64,000 nt of DNA. It comes from Lama guanicoe. Taxonomy: Eukaryota. The DNA lies in NCBI GenBank assembly GCA_013239625.1, contig MU055574.1:16733716-16797715 (forward strand), given 5' to 3'. Made by a program: the position numbers and the translations under genes. The notes below the pieces were generated by a model that did no database searches, was not told the DNA's origin, and saw nothing but the letters and a program-made list of their open reading frames with translations. Each line of letters starts with the position of its first letter. The stretch's first letter is position 1. Below, one piece after another: positions 1-9,724 of this stretch.

Positions 1-61
1 GTCTGCTTCTAGGGCATGAGCTTCTAACCTGGAGCCATTAAAGAAAAAGTTTTTTCAGTTA

Positions 62-150
62 TAATTTTTTTAAATAGAGGTAGAGGGGGTTGAACCCAGG
101 ACCTCTTGCGTGCTGAGCATACATTCTACCACTGACTTACATGCCTCCCC
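62..150 (-). mobile_element. tRNA-derived SINE (Vic-1-like, camelid)
   Basis: Reverse complement reads GGGGAGGCATGTAAGTCAGTGGTAGAATGT...GTCCTGGGTTCAACCCCC...TATTTAAAAAAA. It has A-box/B-box remnants and an AT-rich tail, and matches seven other copies in the window. Confidence 0.8.
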
Positions 151-897
151 TTTAACCTGCAGCCATTCTGCACCTTTGAATCCCCACCTCCATGTGTCCT
201 TAAGAGAGGGGCTAACACAGCGGGCCCCTCTCTCATGGGCAGCTTTGTGCTGCTGGGCTGGGGGCTTGAGCCAGTGCTGTGTGCACTCATCTTGGGCCCA
301 CGATCCTTGCATCAGAAGGGCCTGACAAAGAGGGGCGGCCGCTGAGGGAGCCACCCAGGAGCCTCCCACCTACGGGTCATCAGTGGACCTTGGTCTTGAT
401 GAAGGTAAACAATCGCAAGGCTTGTCCCGTCAGCTCACTGTGTGATGTCTCAGCCGCAGCAGCCCAGGGCCTCTCTGGCCATTTTTAGTTCCTACATTAT
501 AAAGCGTAGCCAAGAAAAGACTGACAACTCAGGTTTCTAACTTTCAAAAATCTCTGAGGTTCTTGTGGTCCAGCTCACATGTCAGAGATGTCAGGGGGCC
601 ACTTTTTAGGGAAAACTCAACCAGTGGCTATTCTGTCTTTTTGATATTTGGGAGAACCGGCCATGGAAAGGTGTGGTCAGTAACTAGAAGGTCTTGTGAA
701 TTAGGTGCTGGCCTCAGTCGAGCTGTTAGATCTTCTGCTGATGCCTAAGTGGGAAATCTTTTTGGCTTTTTTTTCTCAGTTGAAAATGTATGTGTGTGGA
801 TTGTCCTAGATCAACTTGTGTTTTTTGGCCTTACTGGAGATACTTAAGTGCTTAGGTGGTGGCAGGGCTTCATTAACTCTTAAAGTCACTATCGAAC

Positions 898-1692
898 CCT
901 CCAAAGAAGCTATACAAGTGGCTAATAAGCCATAAAAAGATGCTCAACATCATTAATCATCAGGGAAATGCAAATCAAAACCCACAATAAGATATCATCT
1001 CACAGTGTAGGATGGCCGCTATTTAAAAAAAACAAACTGAAAATCACAAATGCTGGTGAAGATGTAGAGAAATTGAAACCTTGGGTACTTTTGATGGGAA
1101 TGTAAAATGGTACAGCTGCTATGGAAAACAGGATGGTGGCTCCTCAAAAAATNNNNNNNNNNNNNNNNNNNNNNNNNNNNNNNNNNNNNNNNNNNNNNNN
1201 NNNNNNNNNNNNNNNNNNNNNNNNNNNNNNNNNNNNNNNNNNNNNNNNNNNNNNNNNNNNNNNNNNNNNNNNNNNNNNNNNNNNNNNNNNNNNNNNTCTA
1301 TTTACAGATTAATGGATAAATAAAATGTGTATACATACAGTGGAATATTATCCAGTCATGAAAAGGAAGGGCATTCTGACACCAGCTCCAAGACAGATGA
1401 GCCTTGAAGACATTATGCTAAGTGAAATAAAACCAGTCACAAATGACAAATACTGTATCATTCCACTTACGTGATGTACTTAGAGAGGTCACATTCATCA
1501 AGACAGAAAATAGAATGGTTTTACCAGGAGCTGAGGAAATGGGGGAGTTATTATTTAATAAGAATAGAGATTTTTGCAAGATGACAAGCCTTCTAGAGAT
1601 GGATTGTGTAACAGTGTGAGCATGCTTCACACCACTACCTTTTCGCTTTACGATGGCTCAGATGGTAAATTTTATGTTATGTGTATTGTATT
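898..1692 (+). mobile_element. Old LINE-1 3' fragment (L1MB-like), interrupted by assembly gap
   Basis: Typical L1 ORF2-end/3'UTR motifs: AAAAGATGCTCAACATCATTAATCATCAGGGAAATGCAAATCAAAAC, GGGAATGTAAAATGGTACAGCTGCTATGGAAAAC, ATTATGCTAAGTGAAATAA, terminal ATGGTAAATTTTATGTTATGTGTATT. Confidence 0.85.
1153..1296. other. Assembly gap (144 N)
   Basis: Run of N inside the L1 fragment, showing this is a scaffolded draft assembly. Confidence 0.99.
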
Positions 1693-2381
1693 TATTTTTT
1701 ATTTTTAAAGAGGGGAAAAGTCACTATTGAACCCTTACGCCTCTGCTCCCTGTGTCGGCAGAGAAAATAAAGGTGTTGTGTCCAGCAGTGAGCCCTGCCA
1801 GGTGGCAGCACCCCCCCAGCCCATCCTCTTCCCCTCAGAAGTGGGCCTCCTGCCTCTACTCGTGCGGCGGGGCCCAAACAGGTGCTGGAGAAAACCTTTT
1901 CCAGCTCATCTATGGGGTCAGCTATGTAACACAAGTTATTTGAGCCAAGGACCGTTTCCCTGTGACTCTACACTTGGGGCTTTGTTCTGGTGCTTCGTCA
2001 AACAGGGAACAGTGACCTGTTCTTGCCATGTCAGGACGATGCTCCTGTGATCTTGTCAGGGCGGCGGGTCTGAGAGTTGTGTTCCGAGTGGTGGTGACAG
2101 ATGAGCCCTGGCTCTCGGCCACCCTTTCACCTGCTCTCCCCTGAAACAAAGGATTGCATTTGACGGCAGGCAGACCGTGTGGATGGAGATAGAGGCCTTT
2201 GCAAGGTTGGGTGAACAGTCCTGGGCTCTTTTCCATCTTCCAAACCACCCTGATGAATCCTGGAGCTCACAGGCATTTATTTTGTCTGGGATTCTGGACA
2301 CCCATGTTTCTGCAGATAATTCACATTAAAGCTTTGCATTTACTTACTTTGACTGAGTTTTCTCATAGTTCTGGTTTTCAG

Positions 2382-2492
2382 GATCGTTTCGTGGACTCAC
2401 TGCCCGCTCCTGTTCACCATGCTGCCTTGCCCCCAGGACCCTGTCAAGTCGAGTGACCATTGACCTCCCCCAGGGCACCAACGAGACTGCAG
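2382..2492 (+). other. TIAM2: TIAM2 5'UTR (non-coding) exon, 111 nt
   Basis: Pyrimidine-rich acceptor TTTTCTCATAGTTCTGGTTTTCAG|G and donor CAG|GTAAAT, 1.37 kb upstream of the start-codon exon. Size and position agree with my recollection of the human UTR exon. Confidence 0.7.
2419..2463 (+). promoter_or_regulatory. Upstream ORF (MLPCPQDPVKSSDH*) in 5'UTR exon
   Basis: CACC-ATG-C with A at -3, 14 codons, then TGA at 2461-2463. It ends 35 nt before the main ATG in the spliced mRNA. Confidence 0.55.
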
Positions 2493-2591
2493 GTAAATCT
2501 GGCTTATGTGAGCTGTGGTTCACATCCAGTTGTACAACTGGGATTTAGGTGGTTAGTAAAGTTTAACTATTTGTCCCTGTTATTGGAGTCA

Positions 2592-2758
2592 TTTTTTTTT
2601 CTTTTTATATTCTTTTTGTTGTTGTTGTTTGGATTTGGAGGAGGGGGTGATCAGGTTTATTTATTTACTCATTTTAAATGGAGGTACTGGGGATTGAACC
2701 CAGGACCTCACGTATGCTAAGCATGCGCTCTACCACTGAGCTCCGACACCAACCCCCC
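2592..2758 (-). mobile_element. tRNA-derived SINE (Vic-1-like)
   Basis: TTTATTTATTT...ATGGAGGTACTGGGGATTGAACCCAGGACCTCACGTATGCTAAGCATGCGCTCTACCACTGAGCT, with a T-rich tail on the left. Confidence 0.9.
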
Positions 2759-3865
2759 ACCCCCGGGGTTGTTTGTGTCTTAACCTGTGCTTGATAACTG
2801 CCACCAAAGAAATGTCAGCCTGCTTGACTTGTTTTGTGGCTGTACGTTCTTAGGCAGAAAAGAATTAAAGTGACAAACCTACTAAATATATTTGGAAACA
2901 TATCTGGAGCTATCACCTTCAACTTGCCTCAAACAATGATCTCCTGGTTAGAATGAAAGCCTGAGGGGGGGAGGCTTGGATCAAGGTTCACCTTGAATCT
3001 GGCTTAGCTAATAGACTCATTGAGCAAATTGTGGTTTTAAAGGGAATTGAAAGAATCTAACCTTTTTTTTTTTTTCAGATACCCACATTCTAACAAGTCA
3101 GCTTCAGACTTTTTTCTCTCATCATGCTCTAAAGTGAGGACCCTTAATGACTTCAGGAAAGCTCTAGAGATTAGTTTAATTAAAATGTTTTTCTGTCCCA
3201 AAGGAGAGCTTTTATTTTCCCCTTGCCCCCCTTTTTAATCTGTGCCTAGTTTTTGAGAACTTCCAGTCCTTGTCCTCTGAGGTGTTCGTACTCTGTGGGA
3301 TGCACGAAAGTTCTAACACAGTGTGGTACCTGGAGTCATGTTATTACAAATGGGGTGGTTTTTCATCAATAATTACTTATATTGGGGTGCAGTATTAGCT
3401 CTTTCTGATAGATTATGTGTAATGAAAATATATCTCTCTGGTCATTGGAAAATCAATGTATTTTGGAGTGACAGAGTAAAGATACCTTCCCCTCGTTTTT
3501 CTTTTCAAGAATCATTGGTTCAAAACCTCCCCATACTAAGCTTACAAGAGGTCTCTGTCTTAAGCTGATTCTTACGCCTGTTCAGTTTCTGAATTAACAT
3601 CCTATAATGAATTACGTGCTTGAAATCACTGGCATGGAGCGTGCCGTGCTGTCTGTCTGGCTGCTGACCTGCGGCAGCAGAGCCAATGCAGTGAGTCACT
3701 CCTGTCTCTGCTTCTCCGAGTTGTGTCAGGCCCCCAAAGAAGTTGCTTGGTTTCCTTGTCATGTTAAGAACTCTTTTATTTTTTTTTTAAAGAAAGTTCT
3801 GGTATAATGGAATATAATTTAGATCGTGACTCTCACTGATGCCACTGTTCTTAATTTAGGTTACG

Positions 3866-4985
3866 ATGGGGAACTCCGAGAGTCAGTACACCCTTCAAGG
3901 ATCAAAAAATCATAGCAATACTGTTACTGGTGCTAAGCAAAAGCCTTGCTCCCTGAAAATCCGTGGCCTTCATGCAAAAGATGACAAGTCCTTGCACGCG
4001 CGGGGTCACGGCAGCAGCGGAACCGGTTACAAGTCCAGGTCCCTGGCCCGAAGCTGCCTCTCTCATTTTAAGAGCAATCAGCCTTATGCCTTCCGACTGG
4101 GTGGACCCACGTGCAAAGTGTCCAGAGGCAGCGCCTACTCCAAGCACAGGACGAGCGCCCCGGGAACGGAGTTCCAGGGCGGCGACGCCGCTTTCTCCCT
4201 CGAGAACGGCTTCCACTATGTTGGGCGCGCACCGGCGGGTAACCCCGCGGCCCCCAGGGACTGCAACGGGCACCTCCTCAACTGCTACGGCCGGCCCGAG
4301 AGCGCGGCGTCCACGCCGCCCGGCGAGGACCGCAGGAGCCCCCGGGTGCTCATCAAGACGCTGGGCAAGCTGGACGGCTGCCTGCGGGTGGAGTTCCACA
4401 GCGGCGGCGCGCACGGCGCGGGGCCCGCGGGCGGCTCGGGCGGCCCACCCCGGCGCCGCCCCCGCCGCCTCGCGCCCGCGCTCCAGCAAGGGCAGCTCGC
4501 TGAGCTCCGAGTCGTCCTGGTACGACTCGCCCTGGGGCCCCGCCGGCGAGGCCAGCGAGGTCGAGGGCTCCTTCGCGGCGCCCGGCACCCCGGAGCCCGA
4601 GCCCGAGCCCGAGCCCGGCCTCCACGCCGGCTTCCCGCCCAGGGATGCCCCCAAGCCTTTCAGCCAAAGCGCCTCCCTCTCGTCCCTCCGGGAGCCCTAC
4701 CCGGACGCCACCCTGGGGAGCCTGGCCCCCTCGGCCCTGCGGCTCTCCGATGACTTCGTGGGCGCACGCAGCAGCCTCAGCGCCCGCGTCTCCTTCGCCT
4801 CCGACATGGACGTGCCGGCGCGGGTGGAGCGTGGGGAGCCCGGGCAGTTCGCGTCCTTCACCCTCCCCTGCCGCAAGTCCAGGGCCCTGGGCGAGGAGCC
4901 TTCCAAGAAGGACACGCTGAAAGCCAGGATGCGCCGCATCAGCGACTGGACGGGAAGCCTCTCCAGAAAGAAAAGGAGACTCCAG
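3866..4985 (+). CDS. TIAM2: TIAM2 first coding exon (exon starts 3860). N-terminal myristoylation region; apparent frameshift at ~4443-4447
   Basis: Acceptor TTTAG|G at 3859/3860 and strong Kozak ACG-ATG-G. One frame gives MGNSESQYTLQGSKNHS...LIKTLGKLDGCLRVEFH, and a different frame gives RSSKGSSLSSESSWYDSPWG...RMRRISDWTGSLSRKKRRLQ. Both are recognisable TIAM2 sequence. Donor CAG|GTGAGC at 4985/4986. The 1120 coding nt are not divisible by 3 although the next exon starts in phase 0. Confidence 0.95.
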
Positions 4986-5010
4986 GTGAGCAAAGCTGGG
5001 GGCGCAAGGA
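4150..5010. promoter_or_regulatory. Intragenic CpG-island-like segment covering the 3' three-quarters of the first coding exon
   Basis: Visibly very high G+C and CpG density (e.g. GCGGCGGCGCGCACGGCGCGGGGCCCGCGGGCGG) compared with the flanks and the first ~250 nt of the same exon. Confidence 0.8.
4593..4616 (+). repeat. Coding hexamer repeat (GAGCCC)4 encoding EPEPEPEP
   Basis: Four perfect GAGCCC units in the TIAM2 reading frame. Confidence 0.9.
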
Positions 5011-6701
5011 CAGAGGCCCTTCGCTTTCCTGTCTGAAAAACGGGAGTTCGCCAAAGCTGCTGCCGAGCGTGGTCCCGAGGCTTAAGCGAAGAGTTTAGCC
5101 TCAGACTTCCGCAATGAATTGGTTAACTGAGAATTTTCCTAGAGCTCATTCTTAAAGCCTAAACAGAAAGGGAGAGAGAGAGATGGTTGTCACTTTGCAA
5201 TGAGCAGTCTTTCTGAGTTTGATATTATCCTTTGGGGAAATTAAAATTTCTATCGATCAGTTAGTACATGGGGAAAAAATGTTGGTGACATTATCTGTGT
5301 ATTTAATCTCACCACCTCCTCGTGAGGACTGCTAAGTTTTGAAAACATCTTGACCTAAGTACTTGTAATAGCAAAACTATGATAATGTTGATAAAATGTA
5401 GGGTTTTTTGTTTTTTGTTTTTGTTTTTTGATAATTATGCCACTTCCATTGGCCATGCCGTTGGTTTTCTTTCACAAGTGAAGGTGAAGATGAGGTTTGG
5501 ATCCTTAAAATTGTAGTCAGTGCATAGAAGCAGAGTTGGTGACAGTATAATTTAGAAAGATACCAAACACCGGTTCTCTTACACACAGGCTTTTGTACAC
5601 CAGCAGAGAAAAGGCTCAGAAAGTCTTCCCATGATGGGTAGATGTATTTGTTTTGACTTAAAAAAAAAAAGTGATGTTAAAAAAAGCAACCCTTTATAGG
5701 GCTTCAACCACTCTGGGGAGTTAGAGCCTAAAAGCAGATTAATCAGCAAAAAAACTTACACAGCTGAAAAAGAACATCACACTATTCAAAGATGGGGGGA
5801 GGCGGAGAGGACACACATGCAGGAGAGGAGTACGCGTTTGATGCTGGTAAACTCTTCGTGTTAATGCAGCCATGCAGAGACCTGTGAGGCCTTGCTTCTG
5901 TCCTGGGTGAACTTTCTGTTCTGTCAGTTAGGGTGGGCTGGGTTCTGCTGAGGTAACACAAAGCCCTCAGTTCCCTGAGGTTCAGCACAGGCAAAGTACG
6001 TGTCTCGCTGACGCTGCGACTCTGGTCTGCATCGCTCCTCCCCGGGACCCCAGGTCTAGGACACCTCGGGCCTCCGTGGCAGAGGGAGAAAAAGCCGTGT
6101 GTTGGCTTTTGAGGCTCCCACTAACAAGTGACACATTTCACTTTGCTTTGCATTTATTGGCCAAAGCGAGTCACGTGGCCATGCCTGACTCCAAGGGAGG
6201 GAGGGTGTCGGAACCATCCTGCCCTGTACCCTGGGGGAGGGCCGGGTCTGTCTGAGAGGTAGCTTGACCGCATCTGTCGTGTCGGACAGGAGAGTCGGGA
6301 CACACAGACCCTGGCTTTCTGTCCCTCTTAATTTTAGGCCCTCACTGCTCCGCCAGGGCTGCACAGTCACAGGGAAATTCTGCAGAAGAGGAATAGTGGC
6401 CCTTGCTGTGAAATGAAGGAAAATGGCCCGTGGAGAATGACACCGTGTGTCATTGGTGCCTTTTCCTAGAAAGCGAGAAACGGTGGCTAGTTTTCCTTTA
6501 GCTCCCAAGGAATTTAGGGACCGCTCTTGAGTTCCTCTCTGCTTGCTGGCCTGGTGCTCTTGTCCTCGGGTTAAGTTATCCATCGTTCATGATTATCTGA
6601 TCGGGGAGGAACTGAAATCTGACTTCTTCATGTTCATGTATAACAGGGATCTTAGTTTCACACCCTTAACACAGTGATCAGGACTATTTAGGGGCCGGCC
6701 G

Positions 6702-6760
6702 GCCTGCCTGCCTGCCTGCCTGCCTTCCTGCCTTCCTGCCTTCCTTCCTTCCATCCTTCC
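6702..6760. repeat. (CCTG)n/(CCTT)n compound microsatellite
   Basis: GCCTGCCTGCCTGCCTGCCTGCCTTCCTGCCTTCCTGCCTTCCTTCCTTCC. Confidence 0.85.
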
Positions 6761-8448
6761 ATTAGCCTGAAAAGTAGGCACTAGCTATCAGGATCCTAGA
6801 TAGAAAGCTTTCTAAATTTATTAAAGACTGGGAAAGTTCATGTCTGTGTGTAAGAACCAGTTATAAACGCTAAAATGCTATCTTTGCCCATTTCTCAAGG
6901 AAGAAGATTTGCTCTGCTTTGCCCTGGTTGAACATTTAAAAGTTAGCACTCCATCTTAAGTCTCCCTCTTAGGAGAAACAGTGTCAAGAGTGCTGATTGG
7001 TTATATTTAAATTTGACACTTAACAACTTTCTCTGGCAGGACTCTGCTTGCTTCAGAGCACCCCATTATAGCTCTCGCTGGGTATCAGAGGCAGTCCTGG
7101 CGTGCTGGCGCTGTGTCAGAGAGTCATATACATAGCTGAAATAATGTCAGTAAATACTAGCTAAATGAGAGGTGTCTCTTCACCTCCTAGGAGCTTTTGA
7201 AGAACAACAAAATGACAGTTGAGAAAAAAACCCAACAACAATCTTAGACTATTTTGAAAGTTTCCTAAGTGACTCACCGCAGCTGGCTTGTTTGCTCTGT
7301 TCTTGCATAAGCATCAGTGTATAAATAAATCTGACTGTGGGCCATAGTGTAAACATAGCAGGAAATAATATTTGCGTTAGTAACAGCTATGTTTGGGGTT
7401 CAACCCCATTGTTTATGTAGCCCCTGGGTATTTGGAAGTGCTTGTCTGTTGATGATTTTCCTAGGAAAGATAGCAAGCAATTGCTACTTGGTTTCTGGAT
7501 GACACTTCTGAAGAGAAGACCCCTGTGCACAGTAGAGTATTCAAAATAAGGTCTTTAGTCGATGGTCCTTGACCAGTTTTCCCTCCTTTTTATTTTAATG
7601 GATAAGGAAATATGGTTGAAAAACAACTAGCGGCTCAGTGGATGAGCGTGTTAGTGTCTCTCTGCAGTTACCTTAATTTAAGCAGTAAGTGTGGAATATT
7701 GTGTCTTTTAAGCCATAAATTAAGCTCACTTTTTGCTGAGAAATTTACTTACTGTTATTGACCAGTGGCTGGCCTCTGTGAAATTGTTTTCTTGAATGAC
7801 CACTAGTCTAGGTGTTAGAGGAAACCTTTGTGTTTTCAGTGCTGTGCATGAATTCCCTTCAGGGTAGGTTGTCCTCTAGGGAATGGCGGTCATCAGATAA
7901 ATACTAATTTTATGTAGCACTGCCCATGGCTGATTTTGTGTGGGAATAAATAGTAAAGTTAAGAATCATGCTGTGGTATTCCTAGTTCAAATAAAAGAAT
8001 GTGAATGAATAAGTTGTATATTCGTTTCATGAAAGAATCTCCAAATTAAGTAAAAACATTAGTTATGAAATCAAAGCTACAGTTACTAGCCACGACCCTT
8101 TGTGGATGAGGAACCCCAGGTGCATGGTTTTTACTCTAAAGAGGGAAAATAGACCTGGGCAGGGGATGAGATGTTGGAGACTGTTCACTGTAGGGAGAGG
8201 AAGAAGAGTTTATATACGACAACACCCCCCTTGACCCTGGAATTAGTGATCTTCTAATTTAGCTTTAAAATGATCCAGAAGGAAAACAGCCTGCAAGAAC
8301 CTGAATTCTTTCCCGGAAGGTACTGATTCACAATTGGCAAAGAAGCACCAGTGCAGAAATCTTCACTAGTGTGTTTTGAATGTACTAGTTCACTTTTTGA
8401 TGCTCAGTGGAGGTTAGATTAAGGATAGTTAGGGGTATTTGGTTTACA

Positions 8449-8572
8449 TTTTGGGGGGGTAACTGGGTTTTTATTTATCTATTTATCTATTTTAATGGCA
8501 GCACTGGGGATTGATCCCAGGACCTCATGTACCCCAAGCATGTGCTCTACCACTGAGCTGTCCCCCTTACCC
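8449..8572 (-). mobile_element. tRNA-derived SINE (Vic-1-like), diverged
   Basis: CACTGGGGATTGATCCCAGGACCTCATGTACCCCAAGCATGTGCTCTACCACTGAGCTG preceded by a TTTA-rich tail. Confidence 0.85.
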
Positions 8573-8812
8573 ACTTTTGTTTATGTTTTTAAGCATGACC
8601 TCCACTGGCTATAAATTAGGTTGAGCAATACTGTTTCTGTAGTTCTTTCTGGCTTGGAGACTTGATGATTAAAGATGCGTTTTTTGTTAAAAAGAATCTT
8701 GCTTTGCAGCATCGTTATTAGTATGCTGCTGCGTTGCCCGTGTGCCGCGTGGGGGAAGGGGAGCTCTGGCTACACCTGACTTCTGACGGGTGATCATCTG
8801 CGTTGCCCACAG

Positions 8813-9248
8813 GAGCCGAGGTCCAAGGAGGGCAGTGATTACTTTGATAGCCGCTCGGAGGGGCTGAACGCGGACACGCAGGGGCCCTCCCTGGCGCCTG
8901 CGTCCCTGTGGTCAGGGGGCTCGGCTCAGATGCTGTCCCACAGAAGCGAATCTGCTCACGCAGTTGGCAGCGACCCCCTGCAGCAGAACATCTACGAGAA
9001 CTTCATGCGGGAGCTGGAGATGAGCAGGACCAACACCGAGAACCTCGAAACGTCTACAGAGACCGCCGAGTCCAGCAGCGAGTCGTTCAGCTCCTTGGAG
9101 CAGCTGGATCTGCTCTTTGAGAAGGAGCAAGGGATGGTCCGCAAGGCCGGGTGGCTCTTCTTCAAACCCCTCCTCACTCTGCAGAAGGAGAGGAAGCTCG
9201 AGCTGGTGGCGCGGAGGAAGTGGAAGCAGTACTGGGTGACCCTTAAAG
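8813..9248 (+). CDS. TIAM2: TIAM2 coding exon (436 nt, phase 0 to 1); start of N-terminal PH domain
   Basis: CACAG|GAG acceptor; EPRSKEGSDYFDSRS...QNIYENFMRELEM...VRKAGWLFFKP...RRKWKQYWVTLK; donor AAAG|GTAAGC. Confidence 0.97.
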
Positions 9249-9587
9249 GTAAGCGTGTTACCAACACCCGGAGGGTGCCTGGAGGCGTTTGTTCCGCTGT
9301 CCTCTCTCCCGGGACATGCCAGTGAGTCCAGGCCGGACTTGAGCTAATGTGAAGGCGTCTGATCCAGAATCTACCAGCCTGCTTTCCTGCAAATACTCTC
9401 TCAAACCCGTATGATATGGCTCACCTAACATTTAGATCTAGGCTTCATTCTAATGAGTAATGATTGAATTTAATAACTACTGCCTGTTACTCTGTAGGTA
9501 TTTCTATACCATTCTTTAATACTTTTCCTGCACTGGGGTCGGGGGAGATGCTTCTGTTACAGGCTGGATCTTGTAAAGACTGGGTGG

Positions 9588-9724
9588 ATATAAGGTGCCA
9601 CAGAACAGGTGGCTTAAACAATAGAAGCTGATTTTCTCACAATTCTGGAGGCTGGAAGTTCAAAGTCAGGGTGTAGGCAGGGCTGTTTTCTCCCGAGCCC
9701 TCTCTCCTTGGCTTGTAGATGGCC
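9588..9724 (-). mobile_element. MaLR LTR fragment (MLT1-like)
   Basis: GGTGGCTTAAACAATAGAAGCTGATTTTCTCACAATTCTGGAGGCTGGAAGTTCAAAGTCAGGGTG...CTCTCTCCTTGGCTTGTAGATGGCC resembles the antisense MLT1 signature. Confidence 0.75.

Noticed and set aside
1081-1323. ORFs spanning poly-X
   Set aside because: Artefact of translating the 144-N gap inside an L1.
1793-1811. Second CTCF-like motif CTGCCAGGTGGCAGCA
   Set aside because: It mismatches the conserved CC at the start of the core and has no other supporting context.
3866-5036. Two separate genes (295-aa and 357-aa ORFs), or a TIAM2 pseudogene
   Set aside because: They are the two halves of one exon split by a single frameshift. All downstream exons have intact frames and splice sites, which argues against a decayed pseudogene.
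3902-5054. Long overlapping ORFs on the minus strand and in alternative frames (250 aa, 233 aa, 98 aa, 91 aa)
   Set aside because: Stop codons are depleted by the extreme GC content of the TIAM2 exon. The peptides are low-complexity G/A/R/P with no recognisable domain.
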